Shown: positions 63,104 through 64,000 of the stretch, piece after piece
Layout: every line of letters begins with the position of its first letter
How positions within the stretch are numbered: the stretch's first letter is position 1
DNA from: Mobula hypostoma
Taxonomy: Eukaryota
NCBI RefSeq assembly: GCF_963921235.1
Contig: NC_086098.1
Coordinates: forward strand, 62,001-126,000
Direction: 5' to 3'
DNA length: 64,000 nt
Program-made: the position numbers and the translations under genes
The notes under the pieces: model-generated
Told to the model about the DNA's origin: nothing
Seen by the model: only the letters and a program-made list of their open reading frames with translations
The model's database searches: none

Positions 63104-64000
63104 AGACAATAGACAATAGACAATAGGTGCAGAAGTAGACCATTTGGCCCTTCGAGCCTGCACCGCCATTCTGAGATCATGGCTGATCATCTACTATCAA
63201 TACCCGGTTCCTGCCTTGTCCCCATAACCCTTGATTCCCCTATCCATAAGATACCTATCTAGCTCCTTCTTGAAAGCATCCAGAGAATTGGCCTCCACTG
63301 CCTTCTGAGGCAGCGCGTTCCACACCTCCACAACTCTCTGGGAGAAGAAGTTCCTCCTCAACTCTGTCCTAAATGACCTACCCATTCTTAAACCACGCCC
63401 TCTGGTACTGGACTCTCCCAGCATCTGGAACATATTTCCTGCCTCTATCTTGTCCAATCCCTTAATAATCTTACATGTCTCAATCAGATCCCCCCTCAAT
63501 CTCCTTAATTCCAGCGTGTACAAGCCCAGTCTCTCTAACCTCTCTGCGTAAGACAGTCCGGACATCCCAGGAATTAACCTAGTGAACCTGCGCTGCACCT
63601 CCTCCACAGCCAGGATGTCCTTCCTTAACCCTGGAGACCAAAACTGCACACAATACTCCAGGTGTGGTCTCACCAGGGCCCTGTACAAATGCAAAAGGAT
63701 TTCCTTGCTCTTGTACTCAATTCCCTTTGTAATAAAGGCTAACATTCCATTAGCCTTCTTCACTGCCTGCTGCACTTGCTCATTCACATTCAGAGACTGA
63801 TGAACAAGTACTCCTAGATCTCTTTGTATTTCTCCCTTACCTAACTCCACACTGTTCAGATAATAATCTGCCTTCCTGTTCTTGCTCCCAAAGTGAATAA
63901 CCTCACACTTATTCACATTAAATGCCATCTGCCAAGTTTCTGCCCACTCACCCAGCCTATCCAATTCTCCTAACATCCTCATCACGTCACACTGCCACCC
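63104..64000 (-). mobile_element. CR1 ((CTATTGT)n-tail subfamily), runs off the window
   Basis: (AGACAAT)n on the plus strand at 63104-63126; ORF 63197..63985 RT C-terminus. Confidence 0.92.

Overview
Eukaryotic (vertebrate) genomic DNA made almost entirely of nested retrotransposons; no host gene, rRNA, tRNA or CRISPR array could be supported. The repeat mix (many CR1 subfamilies with zinc-finger/SGNH-esterase ORF1, Rex1/Babar, L2, L1, an RLE-type Hero-like fragment, Penelope-like elements with hammerhead ribozymes, a sushi-type chromoviral Gypsy element, two solo LTRs) resembles cartilaginous fish such as rays (inference from familiarity, not tested). Highlights: (1) all seven CR1 ORF1/ORF2 junctions end in a correctly phased U_UUA_AAC slippery heptamer immediately before the ORF1 stop, with ORF2 in the -1 frame and, in the youngest copy, no in-frame AUG before the endonuclease core, suggesting -1 ribosomal frameshifting; (2) a young Penelope derivative (57765-59402) with two identical ribozyme-bearing direct repeats around an open ORF lacking RT and endonuclease (retrozyme-like, predicted 1462-nt unit RNA); (3) a full Gypsy element (6356-12695, ATATC TSD) with a Tf1/sushi-style 11-nt self-priming site; (4) a nearly intact full-length CR1 (14459-19150) with tandem 171-bp promoter monomers. 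Boundaries of degraded fragments are approximate and were read by eye; subfamily letters are my own labels.
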